The notes: generated from the letters alone by a model not told the origin. 64,000 bases of DNA from an uncultured Gemmatimonadales bacterium (GCA_963821525.1 CAWGED010000019.1:704001-768000), one strand, 5' to 3'; counted from the first letter of the stretch, positions 32,136 through 43,530 are shown. Program-made: numbers and translations.

Positions 32136-32555
32136 ATGGGCTCCTCGCTGACCAGAGTCGTCGGATTCACGGCCCGGCATCGATACTTCAAGCCGGACTG
32201 GTCACCCGAAAAGAACCGCGCCACTTTCGGCGAATGCACCGCCGAGCCCGGCCACGCCCACGACTATCGCTGCACCGTTACGGTCGGCGGGGAGATCGAT
32301 CCGGTCACGGGCATGGTGATGGATCTCGGCCTTCTCGACCGCATCCTTGCGGAAGAGGTGACCGGGCCGTTCCACGGCAAGCACTTCAATCTTGATGTGG
32401 CGGCGTTCGCGTACGGGAAGACAGTCCCGACCTGTGAAGCGATCGCCGACTATCTCCATCACAGAATCGCCCGGCAGCTTCCGGCCGGCGTGAGGCTCAT
32501 TCGCATTCGGATCGCGGAAGACGAGACCTTATCCGGGGAATGGGCCGAATCGTGA
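32136..32555 (+). CDS. queD: 6-carboxy-tetrahydropterin synthase / PTPS family
   Basis: FTARH, GEC...GHAHDY, GMVMDL, PTCEAIA, IAEDE. Confidence 0.85.
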   Translation: MGSSLTRVVGFTARHRYFKPDWSPEKNRATFGECTAEPGHAHDYRCTVTVGGEIDPVTGMVMDLGLLDRILAEEVTGPFHGKHFNLDVAAFAYGKTVPTCEAIADYLHHRIARQLPAGVRLIRIRIAEDETLSGEWAES

Positions 32556-32659
32556 GTGACGCGGCCAGGTTCTCCGGAGAAAGCCGGACCGTGTGCGAGC
32601 GACCCGGGCCGGGGCCGTCTCCACCGAGCAATCCAGCCGATTGATCCGCTCGGGCGAGC

Positions 32660-33097
32660 ATGCCAAGCACTCATGGAGCCACGCCCGACCGGGCAACGCT
32701 GAGTCGCCTGCTGCGGGAAGCGCGTACCATTGCAGTGGTCGGCTTGAGCCCCAACCCTGCACGTCCGAGCCATGAAGTCGCATCCTATCTGCAGGACGCG
32801 GGATACCGCATCGTTCCGGTCCGACCCGCAGTCGAGTCGGTCCTGGGTGAGCGGGCCTATCCCGACCTCGAGTCAGCGGCGCGAGCGGTCGGAGCCATCG
32901 ACGTGGTCAACGTCTTCCGGCGCTCCGAATTCGTGGCCGCCCTGGCCGAGCCGTTGCTCGCCATTCGCCCCTCGCTGGTGTGGCTCCAGATGGGGATCAG
33001 GGATCCGGAAACGGCTCGGCGTCTCACCGATGCAGGCATTCCGGTGGTCATGGACCGCTGTTTGATGGCGGAACATCCCTCGCTGGTGAGCGATTGA
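32660..33097 (+). CDS. CoA-binding protein (YccU-like)
   Basis: IAVVGLSPNPARPS, IDVVNVFRRS, WLQMG, VMDRC. Confidence 0.92.
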   Translation: MPSTHGATPDRATLSRLLREARTIAVVGLSPNPARPSHEVASYLQDAGYRIVPVRPAVESVLGERAYPDLESAARAVGAIDVVNVFRRSEFVAALAEPLLAIRPSLVWLQMGIRDPETARRLTDAGIPVVMDRCLMAEHPSLVSD

Positions 33098-33891
33098 TGC
33101 CACGGCTCTGCCTCCTCACCGGCCTCGCCGCACTTGGATTCGCCTCCACCCTGGAGGCTCAGGCGACCGCCGATGAGGCGCGACTGGTGTTCACGGTGGG
33201 CGCCGGGTACGTCGGAGGAGGCGATCTCTGGTCGGTCTCGGCTCAGCCCATCCGGGTGGCAGGTAGCTTCACAGATACCCTCGGCCTCAGCCGGGCGCTT
33301 CGCCCCGGCCTCGGCGTCGTGTTCTCCGGGACATACTTCCCCGGCTCCCACGTCGGTTTCGGTGGCGAGGTTCTGCTGCTCGGACTGGGAACCGAGGACG
33401 GTTGCACCGTGGAGTTCACCAGCGGAGATCCCGACACTCAGGAGATCTGCACTTCGATTGCCGCGATGGAACGGCGGGCCACCTCGGTGGCACTGTCCGG
33501 CTCGCTGATCTACCGCTTCATGTCGAAGGAGGCCATTTCCCCTTACGCCAGGCTCAACCTTGGCGCCGTCATCACCCAGCAGAGTCTGATCAAGGTCACC
33601 GGGCAGCACAGCACGTCTCAGGGCCCGGCGGATGTGCCGATCTACATTGACGATTCTCCCGATCGGGTGCATCCCTACGTGGGGCTGGGTCTGGGTATCA
33701 CCGCCGCCGCGGGGAAGGGTTACCAGTTCCGTCTGGAGATCCGGGACAACTACGTGAGACTCCCGATTCCGGCCGGCCCTACCATTCATGAAGCCCTGCA
33801 GCCCGAGTCGACCACCAAGGGCAAGCATGTCTTCAGCCTGATGATCGGCTTCGATATTGTGCTGGAACGGAAGCGGGGACACCGGTATTGA
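33097..33891 (+). CDS. Outer-membrane beta-barrel-like exported protein
   Basis: Signal peptide MPRLCLL...LEAQ; amphipathic strands (SPYARLNLG, PYVGLGLG, FRLEIRD). Confidence 0.6.
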   Translation: MPRLCLLTGLAALGFASTLEAQATADEARLVFTVGAGYVGGGDLWSVSAQPIRVAGSFTDTLGLSRALRPGLGVVFSGTYFPGSHVGFGGEVLLLGLGTEDGCTVEFTSGDPDTQEICTSIAAMERRATSVALSGSLIYRFMSKEAISPYARLNLGAVITQQSLIKVTGQHSTSQGPADVPIYIDDSPDRVHPYVGLGLGITAAAGKGYQFRLEIRDNYVRLPIPAGPTIHEALQPESTTKGKHVFSLMIGFDIVLERKRGHRY

Positions 33892-34503
33892 AGGTTCAGG
33901 GTGCAGTGCTCGCGGGGGGCGGTGCGACTCGCATGGGGGGCGTTCCGAAGGGACTGCTCGAGGTGGGTGGCAGAAGGGTACTGGACCGGGTGATTGATGC
34001 ACTGGTCGCGGCGCTGGGCTCTCCACCTCTCCTCGTTGCCAATGCCCCCGAGGCGACCAGCTGGGCCCCCGACCTGCGACTGGTCCGGGACGTCCGCCCC
34101 GGCCTGGGAGCGCTGGGCGGACTGCTTACCGCCGTGGAGCTCGCTCCCGCTCCAGTGATCTGCGTCGCCTGGGACATGCCCTTCGTCCCTCCCGGCCTGC
34201 TCACCGCACTGGCTGAGGGGCTGCGAGGGCTACGATGCCTTCCTGCCCGAAAGCACCGGGCCCAAGGGGCTGGAGCCGCTCTGCGCGGCCTACGGGCCGG
34301 CCTGCCGTGACGCCATCGCCGCGACCCTCGATTCGGGAGACCGCCGGGCGGTCGGCTTCCATGATCGCGTGAAAGTCGGTATCCTCTCCCTCGACCGGAT
34401 TCGCCCGCTGGGGGATCCGGAGCGCATCTTCTTCAACATCAATACGGCGGAAGACCTCGCGGAGGCCGACGCACGGTGGCACAGACCCGCATCATCTCGA
34501 TAG
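33888..34503 (+). CDS. mobA: Molybdenum cofactor guanylyltransferase (frameshift near 34225)
   Basis: VLAGGGATRMGG..KGLL, GALGGL, VAWDMPF; second frame LEPLCAAY...FFNINTAEDL. Confidence 0.9.
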
Positions 34504-35003
34504 TGGGGAAGAAGAACGCCGGGAAGACCACGCTCGCGGTGGCCCTGGCGAGCGAGTATGTGCGCAAGGGACGGCGCGTGATGGGGATCAAGCATGGCTC
34601 CCACCCTGCGGACGTTGACCGGCCCGGCAGCGATAGCTACCGGCTCTTCCATGAGGGAAAGGCGGAACGGGTATTGATCGCGGCGCCGAACCTGCGCGCG
34701 GTCTTCGAGCGGAGCCCGGACGACACCGATCCCATCATTCTGGCCAAGCGCTACTTCGACGGCGCCGATATCGTCATCGTCGAAGGATTCAAGAGCGCCA
34801 GCATCCCGAAGATCGAAGTCTTCCGCCGCGAGGCGTCCGACACCCCGTTCTTCGATGCCAAAGCCGCGAACGCAGACGAGTGGGTGGCGGTGGTTACCGA
34901 CGACGAGAAGTTCGAGGCGCCCTGCCCCGTTCTTCGTTTCCGCGACACCATGTGGTTGCAGCTGCTGGCCAACATCGGGTGGGAGAAAGCGCGCCTGCTC
35001 TGA
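34476..35003 (+). CDS. mobB: Molybdopterin-guanine dinucleotide biosynthesis protein B
   Basis: VGKKNAGKTT, IKHGSH, DSYR, VIVEGFK, PKIEV. Confidence 0.92.
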   Translation: MAQTRIISIVGKKNAGKTTLAVALASEYVRKGRRVMGIKHGSHPADVDRPGSDSYRLFHEGKAERVLIAAPNLRAVFERSPDDTDPIILAKRYFDGADIVIVEGFKSASIPKIEVFRREASDTPFFDAKAANADEWVAVVTDDEKFEAPCPVLRFRDTMWLQLLANIGWEKARLL

Positions 35004-35011
35004 CCGGCGGG

Positions 35012-36268
35012 ATGAACCCCTCTCCCCTCACTCCTCGCGACGCAGCGATCCAGATCCTCGAGCAGGTGCGTCCGCAGCCCCCTCTCCGGGTGCCGCTGGA
35101 TGACGCCCTGGACGGCGTGCTCGCGGAAGACATCATCAGTCCGCTCAATCTCCCGGCGTGGGACAATTCGGCGATGGACGGCTACGCGGTGCGCTCCCTC
35201 GATACCAGGGACGCGACTCCCGAGGCTCCCGCGCGGCTCCGCGTCGTCGAGCAGATCCCGGCCGGCCACTTCCCTACCAACTCGATCGAGTCCGGCACTT
35301 CTGCCCGCATCTTCACCGGCGCGCCGGTCCCCCGTGGCGCCGATGCGGTGGTACGACAGGAGGACACCGACCAGGGCAGCGACAACGTCGCGATCGGCAG
35401 GCCGGCGGAGGCGGGCCAGAACATCCGCCGGGCCGGAGAGGATATTGCGCGCGGGTCGACGGTGCTTCTCGCCGGCACCGAGATCGGTCCCGCCCATCTC
35501 GGGGTTCTCGCTTCGCTCGCTGTTTCCAATCCGATGATCTATCGCAGGCCGCGGGTGGCGATCCTCGGCGGGGGCGACGAGATCGCGGATATCGACCAGC
35601 CGGATGAGATCCTGAGCGGCCGCAAGATCGCCAGCTCCAACAGCCACACCCTCGCGGCACTGGTCCGCCGCGCCGGAGGCGAGCCGGTCAGTCTCGGCAT
35701 TGCACGGGACACGCCGGAGAGCCTTCGCGAGCACCTGGTTCGGGGGCTCGACTGCGATCTCATCATCACCACCGGCGGCATCAGCGTCGGGGACCACGAC
35801 TTCATCAGGCCGGTGCTGGCCGAACTGGGCGGCGAGCTCCGCTTCTGGCGGTTGCGCATGCGTCCCGGCGCTCCGGTCGGCTTCGGCATGATCGGCGACA
35901 TCCCATGGCTTGGCTTGCCGGGCAATCCAGTGAGCACGATGGTGACCTTCGAACTCTTTGCGCGCCCGGCCATCCGGAAAATTTGCGGCCGCAGTAAACC
36001 CTTCCGCGCGTCCACCAAAGTCACTGTGGCGGAGCCGATCATACTCACTGCCCGGCTGCAGCACTTTCTGCGGGTCGTACTGACGAACGGCAGGGAGGGC
36101 TTCGAAGCAAGGCTCACCGGACCTCAAGGCTCCGGCATTCTGACCTCCATGATGAGGGCCGACGCATTACTCATCGTTCCCGAAGGCCAGCTCGAGACCC
36201 CGAGCGGCGCGACGGCCCAGGCGCTGGTTCTGGACAGTCCGACGCACCAGGAACTCCCGCCCTTCTAA
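35012..36268 (+). CDS. moeA: Molybdopterin molybdenumtransferase
   Basis: NSAMDGYA, IFTGAPVP, TTGGISVGDHD, LPGNPVS, QGSGILTSM. Confidence 0.96.
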   Translation: MNPSPLTPRDAAIQILEQVRPQPPLRVPLDDALDGVLAEDIISPLNLPAWDNSAMDGYAVRSLDTRDATPEAPARLRVVEQIPAGHFPTNSIESGTSARIFTGAPVPRGADAVVRQEDTDQGSDNVAIGRPAEAGQNIRRAGEDIARGSTVLLAGTEIGPAHLGVLASLAVSNPMIYRRPRVAILGGGDEIADIDQPDEILSGRKIASSNSHTLAALVRRAGGEPVSLGIARDTPESLREHLVRGLDCDLIITTGGISVGDHDFIRPVLAELGGELRFWRLRMRPGAPVGFGMIGDIPWLGLPGNPVSTMVTFELFARPAIRKICGRSKPFRASTKVTVAEPIILTARLQHFLRVVLTNGREGFEARLTGPQGSGILTSMMRADALLIVPEGQLETPSGATAQALVLDSPTHQELPPF

Positions 36269-36270
36269 GC

Positions 36271-37398
36271 CTCTTCGCCGTCAGTGCTCCGGGACTGGAA
36301 GAACTCACCGCTCGAGAGCTGATCGCGCTGGGCTGCGCCGGCATCGCCGCGGAGCCTGGTGGCGTCGCGTTCCAGGGTGATTGGGAGACGATGGCGCGTG
36401 CCAATCTCTGGCTCCGCACCGCCAGCCGGGTACTGGTTCGCTTCGGGACCTTCCACGCCCGCGCGCTTGGTGAACTGGAACGGCGAGCATCGCTCCTGCC
36501 TTGGGACAAATACCTGACACCCGATCGCCCGGTGCATCTCCGAGTCACCAGCCGGAAGTCTCGACTCTATCACCAGGGCGCGATCGCGGAACGGATAGGA
36601 AATGGAATCCGGGAGGTGACCGGTACCTCGCCCGAGAGCGCTTCCGGCAATGAAGAGACGAGCGGCGACGAGCAGGTCGTGGTGGTTCGCGTGCTGCGCG
36701 ACGAATGCCTCGTCAGTCTCGACTCTTCGGGTGAGCTGCTCCACCGCCGCGGCTACCGGCTGGCGAGCGCCAAGGCACCGCTGCGTGAGACGCTGGGCGC
36801 AGCCCTTCTCATGGCTAGCGAGTGGGACGGCGTTCATCCCCTGATCGATCCGTTCAGCGGGTCCGGCACGATTCCCATCGAAGCGGCGCTGCTGGCGCGA
36901 AAGATTCCGCCAGGTCTCAACCGGCAATTCGGTTTTCAGCATTGGCGCGGCTACCAGCAGGCCAAGTGGGAGGTCCTCGTCGAGTCTGCTCGCCGGGCAA
37001 TCCTGGCGGAGGCCCCGGGAGCAATTCTGGGATCCGACCGTGATTCCGGTGCAGTCACCGCGGCGAGGTCGAATGCCGAGCGCGCTGGGGTGATGCGGGA
37101 TCTGACACTGGAGAAAGCGAGCGTGTCGACGCTCAAATCGCCTGGTCCGGTAGGCTGGATGGTCACCAACCCACCTTACGGCACGCGGGTCGGGGAGCGC
37201 CAGCGACTGCGCGATCTGTACGCCAGCCTCGGCAACGTCCTCAGGAAGAACTTCCCTGGCTGGCATCTCACGATGCTGGTGGCGTCGGGAGGGCTGGAAC
37301 GGCAGACGGGAATCGCACTCCGAACCGTCCTCGAGACGAACAATGGAGGGATCGGTGTGCGAGCCTTGTCCACACGAGGTGTACGCGATTCGCGTTGA
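36271..37398 (+). CDS. THUMP-domain RNA methyltransferase (RlmL/K N-terminal-like); start uncertain
   Basis: APGLEEL, ANLWLRTASRV, LDSSGELLHRRGYR, APLRETL, DPFSGSGTIPIEAA, NPPYG. Confidence 0.9.
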   Translation, partial: LFAVSAPGLEELTARELIALGCAGIAAEPGGVAFQGDWETMARANLWLRTASRVLVRFGTFHARALGELERRASLLPWDKYLTPDRPVHLRVTSRKSRLYHQGAIAERIGNGIREVTGTSPESASGNEETSGDEQVVVVRVLRDECLVSLDSSGELLHRRGYRLASAKAPLRETLGAALLMASEWDGVHPLIDPFSGSGTIPIEAALLARKIPPGLNRQFGFQHWRGYQQAKWEVLVESARRAILAEAPGAILGSDRDSGAVTAARSNAERAGVMRDLTLEKASVSTLKSPGPVGWMVTNPPYGTRVGERQRLRDLYASLGNVLRKNFPGWHLTMLVASGGLERQTGIALRTVLETNNGGIGVRALSTRGVRDSR

Positions 37399-37423
37399 TT
37401 TCGCGCGGAGGTGCCGTTAATCT
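37395..37423 (+). promoter_or_regulatory. Sigma70-type promoter for the riboswitch-htpX leader (TTGATT-N17-TAATCT)
   Basis: -35 at 37395-37400 and -10 at 37418-37423, about 8 nt before the aptamer. Confidence 0.55.
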
Positions 37424-37431
37424 TCTGCCCA

Positions 37432-37563
37432 GAAGGGGAGTAGCTTATTTGGAGTCGGGTTGGACTCCAGACGGTCAAATCGTCAAGACTGCAGGCGGCA
37501 CAGCCAAACCTGCACGGTTCGACCGGATCCGGGCCTCAAGCCCGCGTTCAAGGCGAGACCTTC
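37432..37563 (+). ncRNA. yybP-ykoY manganese riboswitch
   Basis: gAAGGGGAGTAGC ... P2 tggagtc/gactcca ... CGTCAAGAC ... tgcagg/cctgca ... GGCGAGACCTTc; matches the family hallmarks; upstream of a TerC gene. Confidence 0.9.
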
Positions 37564-37623
37564 GTCCCGGTCGGCCTGCCGCTCAGCGGCGGCCGGCCCG
37601 ATTGGACGAGGCCTCGCTTTTTT
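37553..37623 (+). terminator. Intrinsic terminator (riboswitch expression platform)
   Basis: gcgagaccttcgtcc (37553-37567) pairs with ggacgaggcctcgc (37604-37617), followed by T6; overlaps the 3' strand of P1. Confidence 0.8.
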
Positions 37624-37641
37624 CATTTTGGAGGAGTCGGA

Positions 37642-38485
37642 ATGAACAACGTGAAGACCTTCCTGCTGATGGGCGCCCTGATGGCGCTTTTCCTCGCTGC
37701 AGGACAGGCCATCGGCGGCTCAGCAGGGACTGGTGACGGCGTTCGTGATGGGCAGTCTCATGAACTTCGGGATGTTTTTCTTCTCGGACAAGCTCGTCCT
37801 GCGGATGTACGGCGCGAAACTGGTTACCGAGGCTGAGGCGCCGGAGCTCTACCGCATGGTGGATCGGCTGCGGCAGCGGGCCGGACTTCCGATGCCGAAG
37901 CTGGCCCTGGCGCCGCACGAACAGCCCAACGCGTTCGCCACCGGCCGGAGCCCGCGACACGCCGTCGTGGCCGTGACCACCGGAATCCTCAAGTTCATGC
38001 CGCCGGAAGAGCTTGAAGGGGTCCTGGCCCATGAGCTGGCCCACATCAAGAACCGCGACATGCTGATCTCGACCATCGCGGCTGGTTTCGCCGGCGCGAT
38101 TGGCTATCTGCCCTACCTGTTGCTCTTCACCGGGCAGCGGGACAACGAGGGGCGACATCCGTTCGTCGAGCTTGCCCTGGTGCTCCTGGGGCCGATTGCG
38201 GCAATGGTTATCCAGCTCGCCGTGTCACGGCAGCGGGAGTTTGAGGCCGATCGGGTCGGAGCGGAAATTCTCGGCCGTCCCATGCCCCTCGCCAATGCGC
38301 TTCGCCGACTGGACGCGATGTCACATCGGATCCCGATGCAGATCGCCCCCGCCGTCGCACCCCTGGCCCAGGTAAACCCGCTGGCCGGTCAGGGTGGAAT
38401 GACCTCGCTCTTCAGTACGCACCCTCCGACCGAGCAGCGGGTAGAGCGGCTGGAGAAGATGACAGGGACGCTGCCCGGTGCCTGA
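37642..38485 (+). CDS. htpX: Zn metalloprotease HtpX (frameshift near 37725)
   Basis: MNNVKTFLLM, PNAFATGR, GVLAHELAHIKNRD, SRQREFEAD, FSTHPP. Confidence 0.95.
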
Positions 38486-39430
38486 GCACGCGCCGGAAGT
38501 CTGGCTGGCCTTCGCGGGCCTGGTCGTCTTTCTCCTCGTCCTGGACCTGGGGGTGCTGAATCGGCGCCCCCATGCCCTTTCTCACCGGGAGGCCATTCTC
38601 TGGTCTGCCGGAATCGTCCTGACGGCATTGCTCTTCGGGCTCTGGCTGCTGGTCAGGGAAGGTCACCAGACGGCGTTGGAGTATTTCACCGGGTATCTGA
38701 TCGAACTGTCGCTCAGCGTCGATAACCTGTTCGTCTTCCTGATCATCTTCCAGTACTTCGCGGTCCCTGCCGGAGCTGCAACCTCGGGTTCTCAAATGGG
38801 GCATCTTCGGCGCCGTGCTCATGCGCGGCTTCATGGTGGCGGGCGGGGCACTGCTGATCCAGCAGCTGGAGTGGATCATCTACATCTTCGGTGTCATCCT
38901 GATCATCACCGGGATCCGGGTCTTCAAGTCCGGGAGCCACCGCGTCGAGCCAGAGAAGAATCCCCTCGTGAGAGTAGCGAAGCGGCTGATGCCGGTTACT
39001 TCGACCTATTCCGGCCAGCACTTCTTCGTCTCGACACTCAAGGGACTGTCCGCGACACCGCTCTTCCTGGTGCTGCTCGTGATCGAGTGGAGCGATCTGG
39101 TCTTCGCGATTGACAGCATACCCGCGGTCTTCGCCATCACCCGGGACCCCTTCATCGTTTACAGCTCGAACCTGTTTGCCATTCTCGGGCCTGCGCGCCC
39201 TGTTCTTCGTCGTGGCCGGCGCCATGGAACGGTTCGCCTACCTGAAGCCCGCGGTGGCGCTGATTCTGGTGTTCGTTGGGGCCAAGATGGTGGCCGCGCA
39301 CTGGGTCCACCTCCCGACGGGGATTTCCCTGGGAATCATCCTCGCCGTACTGAGCGCGGCCATCGTCGCGTCGGTGCTCAAACGGCCGAAGGAGGTCAGC
39401 GAGGAGACCCTAGGCCGTACACCCGGCTGA
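38478..39430 (+). CDS. TerC/Alx-family membrane protein (frameshifted)
   Basis: GYLIELSLSVDNLFVF, DLVFAIDSIPAVFAIT.DPFIVYSSNLFAILGLRALFF. Confidence 0.93.
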
Positions 39431-39468
39431 GCGGGGCAGGCGGCGAACCGTATATTTCCGGCTGTGCC

Positions 39469-40256
39469 ATGAGTGATCTCTTCCGAGGAACCACCGCGCT
39501 CATCACCGGCGCATCGCGCGGCATCGGCGCCGCGTTCGCCGACCTGCTGGCTCAGCGGGGCGCGAATCTCGTCCTGGTTGCACGCCACGCCGATACCCTG
39601 AACCCCATCGCCGAACGCGCCCGAGGTCGGGGGGTGCGAGTCACCGTCATCCCGGCCGACCTCACCCGTCCTGAAGCCCCGGGCGAGATCGCGGACGCGA
39701 CGGTGCGCGACGGGCTCACCATCGACCATCTGATCAACAATGCCGGACTCGGTGGTGCAGGCCGGTTCCAGGATGTCCCGATCGCCGATCAGCTGCCCAC
39801 CATCGACGTGAACGTGCGGGCGCTGACCGCCCTGGCCAGCCTCTTCTCCCTGGCATGCTTCAACGCTCGCGAGGGGGTCTGCTGAATGTCGCGTCGACAT
39901 CGGCGTTCCAGGGCCTGCAGTGGCTTCCGGTCTATTCCGCCTCGAAGGCCTACGTGGTCACGTTGAGCGAGGCGATCTGGGTCGGTTTGCGTGGCACCGG
40001 GGTCCGCTGCTGCTGCCTCTCGCCCGGGCCGGTCGATACCCCGTATTTCGACAACAACCAGATCGACCGCCCACCCAAGTGGGCGATGCAAAGCGCCGAA
40101 GCAGTGGCTCGAGCAGGTTTGCGAGGCTACGAGCGCAACGACTGCCACGTGCTTCCGTTCCTGCCCTTCCGCCTCCTGGCCTGGAGTACCCGTCTCGCAC
40201 CCCGCGCGCTGGCCGCCCGCCTCGGCGGGTGGTATGCCGCCCCACACAATCGATGA
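39469..40256 (+). CDS. Short-chain dehydrogenase/reductase (frameshift near 39850)
   Basis: TGASRGIG, NNAG, YSASK, PGPVDT. Confidence 0.9.
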
Positions 40257-42181
40257 TCCGGAAATCGGCGGTGGCTCTGGCCACCATGGGAGGGTTACTC
40301 ATCCGTGGCCCTCTGGATCAGGCTGCGCCAGATCCACTCCCTCATGGCGCGATTGAACGCATCCAGGCCAATCCGAACATCCATCCAGCGGGCCGACTCA
40401 GTGGGCGGACGCTGACGCTGGCGCTCGAGGCCCGAAATGGACGCTGGTACCCCATGGCCGACGGCGGCCCCAGCGTCGAAACCATGGCCTTCGCCGAAGG
40501 GAGTGGGCCTCTTCTCATCCCAGGACCTCTGATCCGGGTGCCTTCGGGGACCGAGGTCCGGGTGAGCGTTCGAAATCGACTGGCGGTTCCACTGGTCATT
40601 CACGGGCTGACTTCGCGACCGGCCTCAGGTGACGACTCGCTGATCGTGCCACCGCGCGGCACCCGGGAGGCTCGCTTCCGGGTGAACGAGCCCGGCACCT
40701 ACTACTACTGGGGTTCGACCACCGGTCTTGAGTATCGCTGATCGTGACGGGCTGGACAGCCAGCTCTCCGGCGCAATCATCGTGGACTCTCCGGCCGCCG
40801 CGGGCGTTGCTGCCAGACCGAGTGTTCATGATCGGGGTGTGGTTCAGGCCCGCCGACACGAGCGCTGCACATCCGGTTGCCGAGCAGGAGATCATGGCCA
40901 TCAATGGCAAGTCATGGCCTCACACCGAGCAGTTCACGTTCACTCAAGGTGACACGGTTCATTGGCGCTGGATCAATCCTTCGGCCAGCTCTCACCCGAT
41001 GCATTTGCACGGGTTCTATTTCGAAGTGGAGAGCCGCGGCGACGGGGAGCGGGACACCTCCTACCTCCCGGATCGGAGGCCCCGAGAAGTCACCGAGCTG
41101 ATGCTGCCCGGTGGCACGATGCGAATGCATTGGGTTCCGGAGCGCACCGGTAACTGGCTCTTCCACTGCCACTTTTCATTTCACGTCTCGCCCGACGCAT
41201 CCCTTCCCGATTCGGGATTCGAGGAGAACCTGGCAACCGGCGGCAGTGGACACACCCAGCACCGCCATCGAATGAGTGGCCTGGTGCTGGGACTTCATGT
41301 GACACCTGGTACCGGTACTCCCGCCGCACAGGCCCCCCCGCAACAGGCACGGGACATCCGGCTCCTGGTGCAAACCCAGCCGCACCGGTTCGGCCCTGCA
41401 CCGGGCTATGGCTACGTCATACAGACGGGCAGCATCGAACCCGCCCGCGACTCGATCGTGATCCCGGGTGCTCCCCTGCTTCTCCAGCGAGACCAGCCAG
41501 TCCGAATTACGGTGGTGAATCATCTGACCCAACCCACGGCGGTTCACTGGCACGGCATCGAATTGCAGAGTTATCCCGACGGCGTGCCCGACTGGAGTGG
41601 AGCCCCGGGTCGGCTCATGCCGCCCGTTGTGCCGGGCGATTCGTTTGTCGCCGAATTCACCCCACCTCGCGCCGGCACATTCATCTATCACGCCCACCTG
41701 AACGAGCTGGAGCAGATGCATCTCGGCCTTTACGGGCCGCTCATCGTGCTCGAGCCGGGCACGACCTTCGATCCTGCGACTGATCACATCGTGATCGTGG
41801 GCGCCGACGGCCCCGCGAGCGACAGCAACCGGCGGATTGCTGAACGGCAGCAAGACGCCGGAGCCGCTTACGATGCGGGTGGGTCAGGTGCACCGCCTGC
41901 GGCTCATCAACATTCACGGCGACTACCGGGTGCTCTTTACGCTGGAGTCGAGCGGCGGGCTCGTGGAATGGCGCCAGCTCGCCAAGGACGGAGCGGCGGT
42001 CGCGACGGGACTCGCGGGGCCGCAACCCGCGCGACTGCTCACCGGCCCGGGGGAAACCGCTGATTTTGAGCTCCGACCCGACACCGTCGGCGATCTGGTC
42101 CTGAACGTGGGGGCGCCATTCGCCGAACGGCCTTGGAAACTCGCTTTGCCCATCCGCGTGATTCCCGATAGCGCCCCGTGA
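40253..42181 (+). CDS. Multicopper oxidase-family protein, four cupredoxin domains (frameshifted)
   Basis: PGPLIRV, HPMHLHG, WLFHCHFSFH...HRM, VHWHG, FIYHAH, GLYGPLIV. Confidence 0.88.
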
Positions 42182-43511
42182 CCCGGTGTCTCCCTGCTGG
42201 ACCGGCTGGGTCTCCACCGAAAGGAGCTCCGCGCCTGGGCGATGTATGACTGGGCCAACTCGGCGATGGTCACCACCATCGTCACCGCGGTTTTCCCGAT
42301 CTATTTCTCCACCGTCGCCGGCGCGAATCTCGGCACCGCACAGGCCACCTACCGCCTCGCGATCGCGACGACGATCGCGCTGGTCATTATCGCGGTGCTC
42401 TCGCCGATCCTCGGCACGCTCGCCGACCAGGCCGGCATCAAGAAGCGCCTGCTGGGCGGGTTCCTGTTCATCGGAGTGATTGCCGTCAGCCTCATGTTCT
42501 TCATCGAACGGGGCGAGTGGCTCTACGCGGCGGTGCTCTTCGTGGTGGCGAACATCGCGGTCAACGGCAGTTTCGTCTTCTACGATTCGTTCCTGCCGCA
42601 CATCGCTTCCCGGGACGAGATGGATCGGGTCTCGACCGCGGGATACGCCCTGGGTTACGTGGGCGGCGGGATCCTCCTCGGCGCTCAATCTCGCCTGGAT
42701 CCAGAAGCCGGAATGGTTCGGCCTGCCTCACGGGCCCGATCTCACCGCGGCACAGCAGACTCTTCCCACCCGGCTCGCCTTCCTCTCGGTGGCGGTGTGG
42801 TGGCTGCTTTTCTCGATCCCGCTCTTCCGGGATGTTCCAGAACCGAAGGGATCACGGGGCGGCCGGATCTCGGTAATGGATGCGTTCCGCACTCTGCGCG
42901 AGACCTTCCGCCACCTGGGCCGTTATCGCCAGGCGGTGATCATGCTGGTGGCGTTCCTGATCTACAACGACGGGATCGGGACCATCATCCGGATGGCGAC
43001 CATCTACGGGACCGAGCTCGGGATCGGCCGCGGCGCACTGATCGCCTCAATCATGATCGTGCAGTTCGTGGGAATCCCCTTCGCCTTCCTCTTCGGTGCT
43101 TTCGCCAGGTGGATCGGCAACAAGCGGGCCGTGATGGTGGGACTCGCGGTCTACGGAATCATCAGCATCTTCGGCTACTTCATGCGGACCGGCACCCACT
43201 TCCTCATTCTGGCACTGATGGTGGGAATGGTTCAGGGCGGTACCCAGGCGCTGAGCCGCTCGCTCTTCGCCAGTCTCATCCCCCGCCAGCAATCGGCGGA
43301 ATTCTTCGGCTTCTTCGCCGTGGTGGAGAAGTTCGCGGGGATCTTCGGGCCGGCGCTCTTCGCCCAGGTGATCGCGCTGACCGGTTCAAGCCGCGGGGCG
43401 ATTCTCTCCCTGATAGCTTTCTTCGTCGTCGGAGGAGTACTGCTGCACTTCGTGGACGTGGAGCAGGGTCAGCGAGCCGCCCGGGAAGCCGAGGCGGCGC
43501 TGTCGGCCTGA
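42178..43511 (+). CDS. MFS transporter, UMF1 family (frameshift near 42680)
   Basis: AWAMYDWANS, FYDSFLP, GYALGYVGG, GGTQALSRS. Confidence 0.92.
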
Positions 43512-43530
43512 GAAGAAATCGGAGGGACAA

